61,758 nt of DNA from an uncultured Bacilli bacterium (GTDB taxonomy: Bacteria; Bacillota_I; Bacilli_A; RF39; UBA660). The first letter of the stretch is position 1. The number at the start of each line of letters is the position of its first letter. The stretch is taken from positions 1 to 61,758 of the forward strand of contig CANQGB010000002.1 in assembly GCA_947600335.1 (NCBI GenBank), read 5' to 3'. Under the pieces are notes generated by a model. That model saw only the letters and a list, made by a program, of their open reading frames with translations, was not told the origin of the DNA and did not search any database. Below, in pieces: positions 16,287 to 25,961 of the stretch. The translations under genes and the position numbers were made by a program.

Positions 16287-17834
16287 ATGAAAAAGATTCT
16301 AATTAGTATTAAAAATGATTCTTTAGCTTTTTCATATAAAATTTCTACAAGAACCAACATCGAATTATTAAACACCAATATCATTAGTGATAATGAATTA
16401 TTATTTAGTGAAGACTATATTCGTGATAATAATAAAATAGTTAGCCTATTTATTAAAGAACTATGTCAAGAAAGAAATTTATATAAAGCCATTATTGAAA
16501 CCAACGCCTTAGCCTTAATTATTTTAGATTTATTTAAAAGAAATCCTCTTATTACCGCGATTAGTATTCAGGAAAATGTTACTTTATCTTTTGCTGTCTA
16601 CGAAAAACTTTTAGAAAATAAAAATATAAACTATATTGAAGCTCAAAGCATTCAACAATTTATGTTAGAATTACTAGACAAAAACAATATTCATGGGGAA
16701 AGCCGAGCTGAAGTTTTATATCTAAGTAATTTCATGGTTAATAATAACTTAACTAATTTTTCTAAAATTTTCTATAAAATGAATATTCGGATCAATAACT
16801 ATTTAAAACCTGATGATATTGATGATTTACAAGCTTTTTTTAATATTAATAAATACTTAAAAAATATTCATTTAGATGTTTTTTACAAAAGTGATTTAGA
16901 AGTCATTATCAACTTTCTTCTAAAATACAAGATTAAAAATATTAAGATTTTAATTTATGAAAACATTCAAGAGAGCAAAGTTATTGAATATTTAAAAAAA
17001 ATAAATAAAAAATTAAGCAAAAAACGAATTAAAATTGAACTTGTTTATTCTCAAGAATATTTAAAAAGTGCCATCTTTAAACAAATTATTGTTAACACTA
17101 TTAAAGCATGTGGTGTTTTAATCTTAGCCATAGTTTCTGGTACTTTAAGTTATGTTGGTATAAGCAATTATTTTTCTTTACAAGAAGTTACCAAAATCCA
17201 AGAGACTGTTAAAAAAACTATTGAAGAAAATAAAGATGAAGACGTTATTATTCCTGAAAGCAGTTTTGAAATTAAAAATAATTATATCGCCTCTTTACTC
17301 TCAATTAACCAAGATGTTATGGGTTGGTTAAAAGTTAACAACACCAATATTGATTATCCCGTAGTTCGCGGTACAGATAATGAATACTATTTAAACTATA
17401 ACTTATATCATGAAAAAGATATTAATGGTTGGGTATTTATGGATTATCGTAATTCAATCTATAATTTAGATACTAACACCATTATCTATGCCCATAATCG
17501 TTATTACAGTGGTGTTATGTTTGGCAGTCTATACAAAGCTTATAACAGTAGCTGGTATAAAAATCCGGAAAATCAAATTATTTCATTTAACACTTTATAT
17601 GAAACCAATAATTATCAAATATTCTCTATATATAAAACTCCTAAAACCATCGATTACTTAAAAACCTATTTTGCTAATGATGATGAATACAACAGCTATA
17701 TCAATATGGTTAAAAGTAGAAGCATTTACGATTTTGGCATCACAATTAATACCAACGATAAAATATTAACCTTATCAACTTGTAGCAACAATAATCAAAG
17801 ATTAGTTATTCATGCTAAATTAATAACCGACTAA
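16287..17834 (+). CDS. srtB: Class B sortase with an unusual ~270-aa N-terminal cytoplasmic extension
   Basis: The C-terminal ~230 aa align by eye with S. aureus SrtB (VMGWLKVNNTNIDYPVVRGTDNEYYL, NTIIYAHN, ILTLSTC, RLVIHAKL). A single TM helix lies near aa 285-310. The ATG at 16287 follows a GGTGGTG RBS. Confidence 0.85.
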   Translation: MKKILISIKNDSLAFSYKISTRTNIELLNTNIISDNELLFSEDYIRDNNKIVSLFIKELCQERNLYKAIIETNALALIILDLFKRNPLITAISIQENVTLSFAVYEKLLENKNINYIEAQSIQQFMLELLDKNNIHGESRAEVLYLSNFMVNNNLTNFSKIFYKMNIRINNYLKPDDIDDLQAFFNINKYLKNIHLDVFYKSDLEVIINFLLKYKIKNIKILIYENIQESKVIEYLKKINKKLSKKRIKIELVYSQEYLKSAIFKQIIVNTIKACGVLILAIVSGTLSYVGISNYFSLQEVTKIQETVKKTIEENKDEDVIIPESSFEIKNNYIASLLSINQDVMGWLKVNNTNIDYPVVRGTDNEYYLNYNLYHEKDINGWVFMDYRNSIYNLDTNTIIYAHNRYYSGVMFGSLYKAYNSSWYKNPENQIISFNTLYETNNYQIFSIYKTPKTIDYLKTYFANDDEYNSYINMVKSRSIYDFGITINTNDKILTLSTCSNNNQRLVIHAKLITD

Positions 17835-18919
17835 TCTTTTTTTATTTGCTCTTGAAATATTTTAATGTTCTTTTGAATTCTTTCATTATTCGGATTCATC
17901 TTATGTGCCAAATTTGCATACTCTAAAGCTTCAGAAAAATGTTCTGTATAAAAACAAACTACACTAAATAAATCATAAAAATAATAATTCCAACAAAACT
18001 CTTCATTAATATAAGTTTTTGGCTTTTCCTTAATTTCACTTGCCGACTTTAAAAGTTGATAGGCCTTCAAATAATTTTGTTCATCATAATATAACATTGC
18101 TAATTCTACATACCCTTCTCTTAAATAAGGCGCTTCGGCAATAGCTAATTCATAATACATTTTCGCCTCTCTCACGCGCTTTAAACCTTGATAATCTTTG
18201 GCTATAAAACGCATAGAAGCTGCCCGTTCATCTCGCCAAGTACTTGTTTTCAAATCTAAATGTTTAATTAACGTATCAATACTTTCATTATATTTTTTAT
18301 AGTACATATACTCTCGCCCTAAATAATGTAAATTTCGGTCATCTTCGGGGTCTTCTTGCACTGAAAGTTCTAAAAGGGGTAAATAACTTCCTCGACTTTT
18401 CGCATAATCTTGATGATGATTTAGGACAATTCCTTCCACAATAATACTTTTCTCCTGCGAACCGGTAAACTTTAAAACTTCATGCACCGGATGATACCAA
18501 GTATATTGTTTATCATGAATTTTCGAAATATAAAATGTCGTTCCTGGATTACCATACTCATCAAAACTCCAATTATATAAATACTCTACTTTCGTTGGTT
18601 TTTCTTTTAACCAAGCACTTTCTAATTTTTCGCGCCATCCCGGGTCAAATGCCTCATCAAAATCAGTACAAACGCAAACATCCGCATCCTCTGGTACTAA
18701 AGCCAAAGACTTATTGCGCGCAACATCAAATCGAAAATTTTCAAACTTTTCGGTAACTACATTAACCCCCAATTTTTTTAATTTTTCTACCGTATCATCA
18801 GTTGACCCAGTATCTAATACATATATCCCATCGGTTTCACTCATGCTTCGCACATAATCTTCAACATACTTACTTTCATTTTTACAAATGGCATATGCAT
18901 AAATTTTTAGTTTTTTCAT
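17831..18919 (-). CDS. Family-2 glycosyltransferase fused to TPR repeats
   Basis: The N-terminus YAICKNESKYVEDYV...LDTGSTDDT...CTDFDE has a GT2-like fold with a DxD motif. The C-terminal half is TPR-like (YYELAIAEAPYLREGYVELAMLYY...). Confidence 0.7.
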   Translation of the reverse strand: MKKLKIYAYAICKNESKYVEDYVRSMSETDGIYVLDTGSTDDTVEKLKKLGVNVVTEKFENFRFDVARNKSLALVPEDADVCVCTDFDEAFDPGWREKLESAWLKEKPTKVEYLYNWSFDEYGNPGTTFYISKIHDKQYTWYHPVHEVLKFTGSQEKSIIVEGIVLNHHQDYAKSRGSYLPLLELSVQEDPEDDRNLHYLGREYMYYKKYNESIDTLIKHLDLKTSTWRDERAASMRFIAKDYQGLKRVREAKMYYELAIAEAPYLREGYVELAMLYYDEQNYLKAYQLLKSASEIKEKPKTYINEEFCWNYYFYDLFSVVCFYTEHFSEALEYANLAHKMNPNNERIQKNIKIFQEQIKKD

Positions 18920-19011
18920 CCAATACCTCCGTTTAATTATATTAAAAAAAGATATTTTTATTAAATTGAGGCTTAGATTTTTTTAATATACGATTTTATT
19001 AATTAATTTCC

Positions 19012-19035
19012 AAAAAAAATAGAGCCTAAGCTCTA
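19012..19035 (-). terminator. efp terminator
   Basis: The minus strand reads TAGAGC-TTAG-GCTCTA followed by T8. It overlaps the efp stop codon. Confidence 0.7.
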
Positions 19036-19586
19036 CTTGAATATTTACCATCTTTTGTGGAAATAATAATTTTTTCTCCAGTTTCAATAAATAATGGCAC
19101 TTTAACAGTATAGCCTGTTTCAATCGTGGCATCTTTCATTGCGTTATTAGCTGTATTACCTTTAACAGCTGGTTCAGTTGCCGTTACTTCAAACTCGATT
19201 TTTTCTGGTAAAGTTATCCCAATAATTTCACCTTCATAAAAATCAATCATAATTTCTAAGTTTTCTTTTAAGAATTTTTTATCGTCTCCTAAAACATTAG
19301 ATGGTATTTCAATTTGTTCATAAGTATTAGAATCCATAAATACATAATTGTCACCAGATAAATATAAATATTGCATTGGTGATTTAGTAATATGAGCTCT
19401 ATCTACTTTAGTTCCCGAATTGAATGATACTTCAGTAATAGAACCACTTTTTAAATTCTTTAGTTTCATTTTAACAAATGCGGCACCTTTACCAGGTTTA
19501 ACATGAGAAAATTCTAAAACTACACAAGGACTACCATCAACCATGATAGTCATGCCATTTTTAATATCGTTTACACTAATATTCAT
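19026..19586 (-). CDS. efp: Elongation factor P
   Basis: 186 aa. The motif SHVKPGKGAAFVKMKLKNL and the overall EF-P pattern. Confidence 0.95.
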   Translation of the reverse strand: MNISVNDIKNGMTIMVDGSPCVVLEFSHVKPGKGAAFVKMKLKNLKSGSITEVSFNSGTKVDRAHITKSPMQYLYLSGDNYVFMDSNTYEQIEIPSNVLGDDKKFLKENLEIMIDFYEGEIIGITLPEKIEFEVTATEPAVKGNTANNAMKDATIETGYTVKVPLFIETGEKIIISTKDGKYSSRA

Positions 19587-19603
19587 TGTTTTACCCTCCT
19601 AAT

Positions 19604-19777
19604 TTATTTTCCTAATTTGGTTTCTTTAAATACAGTCGTTTTTTTACAATTTGGACAATATTTTTTTAATTCAACTTTATCAGGAGTATTTTTTTTGTTT
19701 TTAATAGATGGTCTTCTACTGTATCCACATTCTGTACATTTCATACCAAAAAATACTCTATTTAAATTTTTTGCCAT
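19604..19777 (-). CDS. rpmG: 50S ribosomal protein L33 (zinc-ribbon form)
   Basis: MAKNLNRVFFGMKCTECGYSRRPSIKNKKNTPDKVELKKYCPNCKKTTVFKETK. The ATG at 19777 follows a GGAGG RBS. The ORF track's longer N-terminus is unlikely. Confidence 0.85.
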   Translation of the reverse strand: MAKNLNRVFFGMKCTECGYSRRPSIKNKKNTPDKVELKKYCPNCKKTTVFKETKLGK

Positions 19778-19867
19778 GTAAGATGCCTCCTTTTCTTTAA
19801 AACTATATGTAGTATATCGTAAATTAGGCATATTTGCAATAAATAAAGGGATATGACTTAGAATAGT

Positions 19868-21181
19868 TTAAAAATTTATAGGTACGATTTCACAGCCTCT
19901 TTTTATTTCTTGAATTTCCGCGGCATATAAAATCTTTCTAGTTGCCAATTTCCGGGCCATTTTTTCCAATAAATCTTTATTTAAAGCAATAATCTCTTTA
20001 GCCTTTAGATAATATTGATAAACTTGACTAGATATGACATATTCTTGAGATTCTTTTAGTTTATTAGAAATATCAAATGAATTTGAAAAATAATTAAATC
20101 CACAGATACAATCATCTAAAACTAAGTTTTTTACTAAACTAAAAGCTTTACTATAATCTTTACGAGCCCCAGAATCAACGATTCCAAATTTTTGTTCCAA
20201 GGCGGCCATTCCCCCTAAACTTATTAAAATGTTATATTTCATCCAATTCATATTTTCCATGCTAACATCTCGATAAATAGAGGTAAAACCCCCAGAGTTT
20301 CCTTCTTTCCCATAAGCTGTGATTAGACTAACACTTCCGGGCATTAATACTTCGGATATCAAAGCGTGTCCAACCTCATGATATATAATTCTTGATGAAA
20401 GCTCATTTCTATTTTGTAAATTGTCTAACCAATTATTACTTTCTTCTTCCCGAGCCACGGAAACTTTAAAAATAATTTGTAAACAAGCTTTTAAAATATG
20501 TTGCATAGTAATGTATTTTTCTCTTTCAAACCCAGCATATATCCCCGCTTGATTTATAACGGTTTCTAGTTCGGCACATGAACAACCATTTAAAATCTTC
20601 GCTAAAGATTTTATGTCTACATCTATTTTCATCTTTTTATTATTCAAATAATATTTAATGATATTTAAAGCATCCTCACCTACCGGATTTTTAATTTCGA
20701 TTCTTTGGTCAAATCGACCGGCTCTTAAAAGTGAATCCGGTAAATTTAGAATATTATTAGCGGTAGCTAAAACAAAGACATCCCGGCCTTTTACCTCATC
20801 AATACATGATTGGACGGTAACATATTCTTCGGCATCCTTGCGATGAATATCCCCATTCGCAAACTTATCCATATCATCTAAAAAGATTATCGCTGGGGCA
20901 TTATCTAAAGCCTTTTTAAACATACTTTTTAAATGATTGATAAAATCACCATTGGGTTTATCTTTTCGACAAACAAAACACTTTAAACCGGATGCCTCTA
21001 CTAAGCAATTAGCCATTAATGTTTTTCCAACTCCTGGTTCACCATAAAGTAACAAACCATTGGGTTTTGTTATTCCTAATTCAGAATATACTTTATCATT
21101 TTTTAAGATATCAGCAATTTGTTTTAATTCTTTTTTTACTGCACTATATCCAATAATTTTTTCAAATTCTTTCATACACAT
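19868..21181 (-). CDS. Soluble FtsH-like protein with no TM segments: an AAA+ ATPase fused to an M41-type zinc metalloprotease (HEVGH)
   Basis: Walker A GEPGVGKT, Walker B IIFLDDMD, second-region-of-homology-like LLRAGRFD, then HEVGHAL. There is no hydrophobic N-terminus. The start is at 21181 or 21175. Confidence 0.8.
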   Translation of the reverse strand: MCMKEFEKIIGYSAVKKELKQIADILKNDKVYSELGITKPNGLLLYGEPGVGKTLMANCLVEASGLKCFVCRKDKPNGDFINHLKSMFKKALDNAPAIIFLDDMDKFANGDIHRKDAEEYVTVQSCIDEVKGRDVFVLATANNILNLPDSLLRAGRFDQRIEIKNPVGEDALNIIKYYLNNKKMKIDVDIKSLAKILNGCSCAELETVINQAGIYAGFEREKYITMQHILKACLQIIFKVSVAREEESNNWLDNLQNRNELSSRIIYHEVGHALISEVLMPGSVSLITAYGKEGNSGGFTSIYRDVSMENMNWMKYNILISLGGMAALEQKFGIVDSGARKDYSKAFSLVKNLVLDDCICGFNYFSNSFDISNKLKESQEYVISSQVYQYYLKAKEIIALNKDLLEKMARKLATRKILYAAEIQEIKRGCEIVPINF

Positions 21182-21248
21182 ACTTCTTTCTTTTTTAAGA
21201 TTGAAGGTATTATATAAAAAGAAATGTACCATTTTTAGTACATTTTCA

Positions 21249-22223
21249 TTAATTTTTATACTTATCTATTCCCTTTAATAAATCCTTTTTAATTTGTTCT
21301 CTTAAAGTTAAAGGCGATATTATTTCTACACTGTTAAGATACTGCATAGCCCAATATTTCATGGCATTCGGACTAGCTTTAACGGTTACTTTAATGGTAT
21401 CTTCATTTTCTTCCATTTGGACATTGGTCCCAAACCATTCGACAATATCATCAATAATTGCTTTCTTCGCTCCAAAGACTATCGTTTGTAAATCATCAGT
21501 AAACAAATAAGGATAAGACGTTGATAATTCTTCATAATTAATTCCTTGTTCATAACCTTTTATATTATGAATATCTGTTAATTTATTATCGGTTAAAGAT
21601 ATATTGGTAATATGATCAACCCGATAATAAACAATATTTTGATAATACTCATGTAGAGCCATTAAATAATAATGTTGATTATGAACAATTAATTGATAAG
21701 GACTTACAGTATGACTCTTCGTAAAATGCAATTTTTTATCAATACCATATTTATTATAATCAAACTTAATTTGTAATTCTTTTTCAATAGCTTCATCAAT
21801 TTGTTCTATATTATAAAATAAACTTTTAGATTCCGTTTTATTCCATTCATTAACCGAGTAAATATTTTTAACATGGGCTTGAAAATACTTATTAGCTAAA
21901 CTACATAACTTATAAATTAAATCTTTAGAATAAGTAGCATTGATATATTTACTACATAAGACCCCATCAATTAAAACTCTTAATTCCGAATCTTCAAAAT
22001 CTCTTTCTTCTAAATAATTACCTAAATGGTTAGTTTCAATGGCATATCCCGCTTCTTTTAATAAAGATATATTTCGGCCAATGGCTTTTCTTTCAATAAT
22101 TATCCCATAATCATTTTCCAAATACTTTGCAATATCTTCTTGCGTTAAAGGATGATTTATATCCGTATGTTTTTTTAAAATATCTAAAATTCTTAATAAA
22201 GCCAATTTTTTCGATTCATTCAT
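21249..22223 (-). CDS. WYL-domain transcriptional regulator (wHTH-WYL-WCX, YafY/PafBC/BrxR-like architecture)
   Basis: N-terminal wHTH LRILDILKKHTDINHPLTQEDIAKYLENDYGIIIERKAIGRNISLLKEAGYAI. WYL-like core SPYQLIVHNQHYYLMALH...YYRVDHITNI. C-terminal WCX-like segment YWAMQYLNSVEIISPLTLREQI. AAGGTGA RBS. Confidence 0.8.
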   Translation of the reverse strand: MNESKKLALLRILDILKKHTDINHPLTQEDIAKYLENDYGIIIERKAIGRNISLLKEAGYAIETNHLGNYLEERDFEDSELRVLIDGVLCSKYINATYSKDLIYKLCSLANKYFQAHVKNIYSVNEWNKTESKSLFYNIEQIDEAIEKELQIKFDYNKYGIDKKLHFTKSHTVSPYQLIVHNQHYYLMALHEYYQNIVYYRVDHITNISLTDNKLTDIHNIKGYEQGINYEELSTSYPYLFTDDLQTIVFGAKKAIIDDIVEWFGTNVQMEENEDTIKVTVKASPNAMKYWAMQYLNSVEIISPLTLREQIKKDLLKGIDKYKN

Positions 22224-22270
22224 CTTATCACCTTACCTATTTAATTGTAACATACTTTATTCGTTTAACC

Positions 22271-22299
22271 AAAAAAAGAATAGAAACTAAGTCTATTCT
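22271..22299 (-). terminator. rpoC terminator
   Basis: The minus strand reads AGAATAGA-CTTAGTT-TCTATTCT followed by T7, starting at the rpoC stop codon. Confidence 0.75.
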
Positions 22300-25200
22300 T
22301 AATTAATCGGGTCAACTACTTCAGAACTATTGTCCATTAATTTTTCTTCCAGCATTTCATCTGGTTCATCACTCATAAATTCTTTTTCTAAAAGGATTTC
22401 AATATCGCTATATTGTTTAGCTCCTGTTCCAGCTGGAATTAATTTACCAATAATAACGTTTTCTTTTAATCCTCTTAAGTAATCAATTTTACCTTTAATG
22501 GCTGCATCCGTTAAAACTTTTGTTGTTTCTTGGAATGAAGCAGCTGATAAGAAGGAATCAGTTTCAAGAGATGATTTAGTAATACCAAGCATTAGTGGTC
22601 GACCTTTAGCTGGAACACCACCTCTTAGAATAACCGGTTTATTACCTTCAGTAAATTCACGCATCGAAACAGTTAAACCTTCTACAAAGTCAGTATCACC
22701 TTTATCGATAATCCGAACTTTATTAGTCATACGAGAGGCAATAATTTCGATATGTTTATCAGAAATATCAACACCTTGTAATTTATATACCATTTGAATT
22801 TCTTTTAAGATATATTCTTGCGCGGTAATTGGGTCAGTAACGGCTAGTAATTCTTTAGGACTTATAGCACCTTCAGTTAATTTATCACCAGCATTTACTA
22901 CATCGCCAACATTAACTCTAATTTTCATATTATAGTTAGTTACATGCTCACGAACTTCCACATCGTTGGCAATAACAATTTTATATTTGCCATTTTGTTC
23001 TTCAATAGATTCAATTTTACCACTAATTTCTGCGATAGTTGCTTTACCTTTAGGGTTACGAGCTTCGAATAATTCTTCAACTCTTGGAAGACCTTGGGTA
23101 ATATCATCGCCCCCAGCAACACCACCAGAGTGGAATGTCCGCATGGTAAGTTGGGTACCAGGCTCACCAATTGATTGAGCAGCCATAATACCAACAGCTT
23201 CACCAGTTTCAACTAAGTTACCAGTTGCTAAGTTACGACCATAACATTTTTGACAAACGCCATTTTCGCATTTACATGTAAGAATTGAACGAATTTCTAC
23301 GCGTTTAATCCCGGCTTTTTCAATTTTAGCGACGATATTTTCGTTAATTTCTTCGCCTTTTTCTAAGATAACTTCTTTAGTCGTTGGATTGATAATTCTT
23401 TGCGCTGAATAACGACCTAAAATACGTTCTGATAAAGGCTCAATTACCGAACCATCTTTATCATTAATTAAATCGTATACTTCGACACCATTAATTGAAC
23501 CACAATCGTATTCGCGAACAATTATATCTTGAACAACATCAACTAACCGTCTAGTTAAATATCCTGAATCGGCAGTACGAAGAGCAGTATCGGCAGAACC
23601 TTTTCTAGAACCATGGCTAGATAAGAAGAATTCTGATACGCTTAAGCCTTCAATAAAGTTTGATGTAATTGGGATTTCAACAGTTGAACCATCTGGTTTA
23701 GCCATTAAACCCCGCATACCAGCAAGTTGAACGAAATTCGAAATAGAACCACGAGCTCCAGAGTTCATCATCATGAATAATGGATTATCAAAATCACCTT
23801 TAGCCATCGCTTGTAATTCGGCTTTAATTTTATCGCTTTGTTTTGTCCAAGCTTCAATAACATTATTATAACGTTCTTCTTCCGTTATTAAACCACGTTT
23901 AAATTGTTTATTAATTTTATCAACTAATTCATTACCTTCTGCAATGATTTGGTCTTTAGTTTCACTAACTTTAATATCAGCAGCCGAAACTGTAATACCA
24001 GCGATAGTAGAATATTTAAATCCTAAATCTTTTAATTTATCAAGCATTACAGATGTTTCAGTTGTTTTATATCTTTTAAAGACTTGGGCAATAATACTTT
24101 CCAAATTTTTCTTGATAAATGGTTGCACTAAATCGCGTTTTTCCACTTCTTCTTTAATATTTGAACCCATATCAATAAAATATTTACTTGGCGTAATTCC
24201 TTCGATATTTTCTTTAGTTGGTTCATTTATAAATGGGAAAGTATCTGGTAAAATCTCGTTGAAAATAATTTTACCACAAGTAGTTATTAAATATTTATCT
24301 TTTTGGTCATCCATAAATAATTTATGTTTGAAAGAACGAACAGGAACAACAATTCTCGTATGAAGAGTTATTTCTTTTCGGGCATAAGCCATTAATACCT
24401 CATTAGAATCTTTATAAACTTTAGCCTCATTAGGTTCGCCAGCTTTTTCAATAGTTAAGTAGCAGTTACCTAATACCATATCTTGGGATGGGGTAACGAT
24501 TGGTTTACCATCTTTTGGGTTTAAGATGTTATTAGCCCCTAACATTAATATTCTAGCTTCGGCTTTAGCTTCTTCCGAAAGTGGTACATGGACAGCCATT
24601 TGGTCACCATCGAAATCGGCGTTGAATGCGGCACAAACAAGTGGATGTAACCGGATAGCTTTACCACCAACTAATTTTGGTTCGAAGGCTTGAATACCTA
24701 GTCTATGTAAAGTTGGAGCCCGGTTTAGCATTACTGGGTGTTCAGTTATAACATCTTCCACAACATCCCAAACTTGGTCATCACGAGCTTCAATTAATTT
24801 TTTCGCACCTTTAATATTATGGGCTAAACCTCTTTCAACTAAGCCATGAATAACATGCGGTTTAAATAGTTCCAAAGCCATTTCTTTTGGAATACCACAT
24901 TGATACATTTTTAAGTTTGGTCCAACAACGATAACACTACGACCAGAATAGTCGACACGTTTACCTAATAAGTTTTGACGGAAACGACCTTGTTTACCTT
25001 TTAAGATACTAGATAAACTCTTAAGTGGCCGATTACCAGCAGCGGTTACACTTCTTCCTCTTCGACCATTGTCAATTAAGCTATCAACAGCTTCTTGAAG
25101 CATTCTCTTTTCATTTTGAACAATGATAGTTGGAGCTCCAAGTTCCAGTAATTTTTTTAAACGATTATTCCGGTTAATAATTCTTCGATATAAGTCATTT

Positions 25201-25961
25201 AAATCAGATGTGGCAAATCTTCCACCATCTAATTGAATCATTGGCCGTAAATCGGGAGGTAAAACTGGCAATACATTTAAAACCATCCATTCAGGGCGAT
25301 TATTAGATTCTTGGAATGATACTAAGCAATCTAAACGTTTGCCTAAACGAATCCGTTTTTGACCAGTAGCATTTTCTAATTCTTTCTTTAATTCTTCAAC
25401 TTCTTTATCAATATCGACTTCTTTAAGTAGTTCTTGAATAGCTTCAGCACCCATACCTACTTTAAAGCTTGAGCCATATTTTTCATAATAAGCCCGATAT
25501 TCTTTATCAGATAAAGTTTGTTTTTTCGCAAGTGGAGCACTTCCGGGGTCAATTACAACATAACTAACAAAGTATAAAACTTCTTCCAAATCTCTTGGTG
25601 ACATATCTAGAACTAGACCCATTTTCGAAGGAACACCTTTAAAGAACCAAATATGGCTACAAGGACTAGCAAGTTCAATATGACCCATTCTTTCCCGTCT
25701 TACTTTTGATTTAGTTACTTCAACACCACAACGGTCACAAACAACATTTTTATATCTTAATCTTTTATATTTACCACAACTACATTCATAATCTTTAGTT
25801 GGTCCAAAGATTTTTTCACAGTATAGACCATCTCTTTCAGGTTTTAAGGTCCGATAGTTAATAGTTTCTGGTTTTTTAACTTCACCATAAGACCAAGAAC
25901 GAATCTTATCAGGAGAGGCAATACCTATCTTGATTCCTTTAAAATTATTTACTTCCATCAT
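22299..25961 (-). CDS. rpoC: DNA-directed RNA polymerase subunit beta'
   Basis: 1220 aa. NADFDGDQM catalytic motif and a zinc-finger CxC...CxxC at the N-terminus. Confidence 0.98.
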   Translation of the reverse strand: MMEVNNFKGIKIGIASPDKIRSWSYGEVKKPETINYRTLKPERDGLYCEKIFGPTKDYECSCGKYKRLRYKNVVCDRCGVEVTKSKVRRERMGHIELASPCSHIWFFKGVPSKMGLVLDMSPRDLEEVLYFVSYVVIDPGSAPLAKKQTLSDKEYRAYYEKYGSSFKVGMGAEAIQELLKEVDIDKEVEELKKELENATGQKRIRLGKRLDCLVSFQESNNRPEWMVLNVLPVLPPDLRPMIQLDGGRFATSDLNDLYRRIINRNNRLKKLLELGAPTIIVQNEKRMLQEAVDSLIDNGRRGRSVTAAGNRPLKSLSSILKGKQGRFRQNLLGKRVDYSGRSVIVVGPNLKMYQCGIPKEMALELFKPHVIHGLVERGLAHNIKGAKKLIEARDDQVWDVVEDVITEHPVMLNRAPTLHRLGIQAFEPKLVGGKAIRLHPLVCAAFNADFDGDQMAVHVPLSEEAKAEARILMLGANNILNPKDGKPIVTPSQDMVLGNCYLTIEKAGEPNEAKVYKDSNEVLMAYARKEITLHTRIVVPVRSFKHKLFMDDQKDKYLITTCGKIIFNEILPDTFPFINEPTKENIEGITPSKYFIDMGSNIKEEVEKRDLVQPFIKKNLESIIAQVFKRYKTTETSVMLDKLKDLGFKYSTIAGITVSAADIKVSETKDQIIAEGNELVDKINKQFKRGLITEEERYNNVIEAWTKQSDKIKAELQAMAKGDFDNPLFMMMNSGARGSISNFVQLAGMRGLMAKPDGSTVEIPITSNFIEGLSVSEFFLSSHGSRKGSADTALRTADSGYLTRRLVDVVQDIIVREYDCGSINGVEVYDLINDKDGSVIEPLSERILGRYSAQRIINPTTKEVILEKGEEINENIVAKIEKAGIKRVEIRSILTCKCENGVCQKCYGRNLATGNLVETGEAVGIMAAQSIGEPGTQLTMRTFHSGGVAGGDDITQGLPRVEELFEARNPKGKATIAEISGKIESIEEQNGKYKIVIANDVEVREHVTNYNMKIRVNVGDVVNAGDKLTEGAISPKELLAVTDPITAQEYILKEIQMVYKLQGVDISDKHIEIIASRMTNKVRIIDKGDTDFVEGLTVSMREFTEGNKPVILRGGVPAKGRPLMLGITKSSLETDSFLSAASFQETTKVLTDAAIKGKIDYLRGLKENVIIGKLIPAGTGAKQYSDIEILLEKEFMSDEPDEMLEEKLMDNSSEVVDPIN

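Noticed and set aside
22498-24363. ORFs 22498-22797, 22940-23212, 22966-23178 and 23944-24363 inside rpoC. The same applies to similar ORFs inside rpoB (26329-26520, 28947-29138)
   Set aside because: They are embedded in highly conserved essential genes, either antisense or out of frame, with no start signals. They are typical overlapping spurious ORFs.
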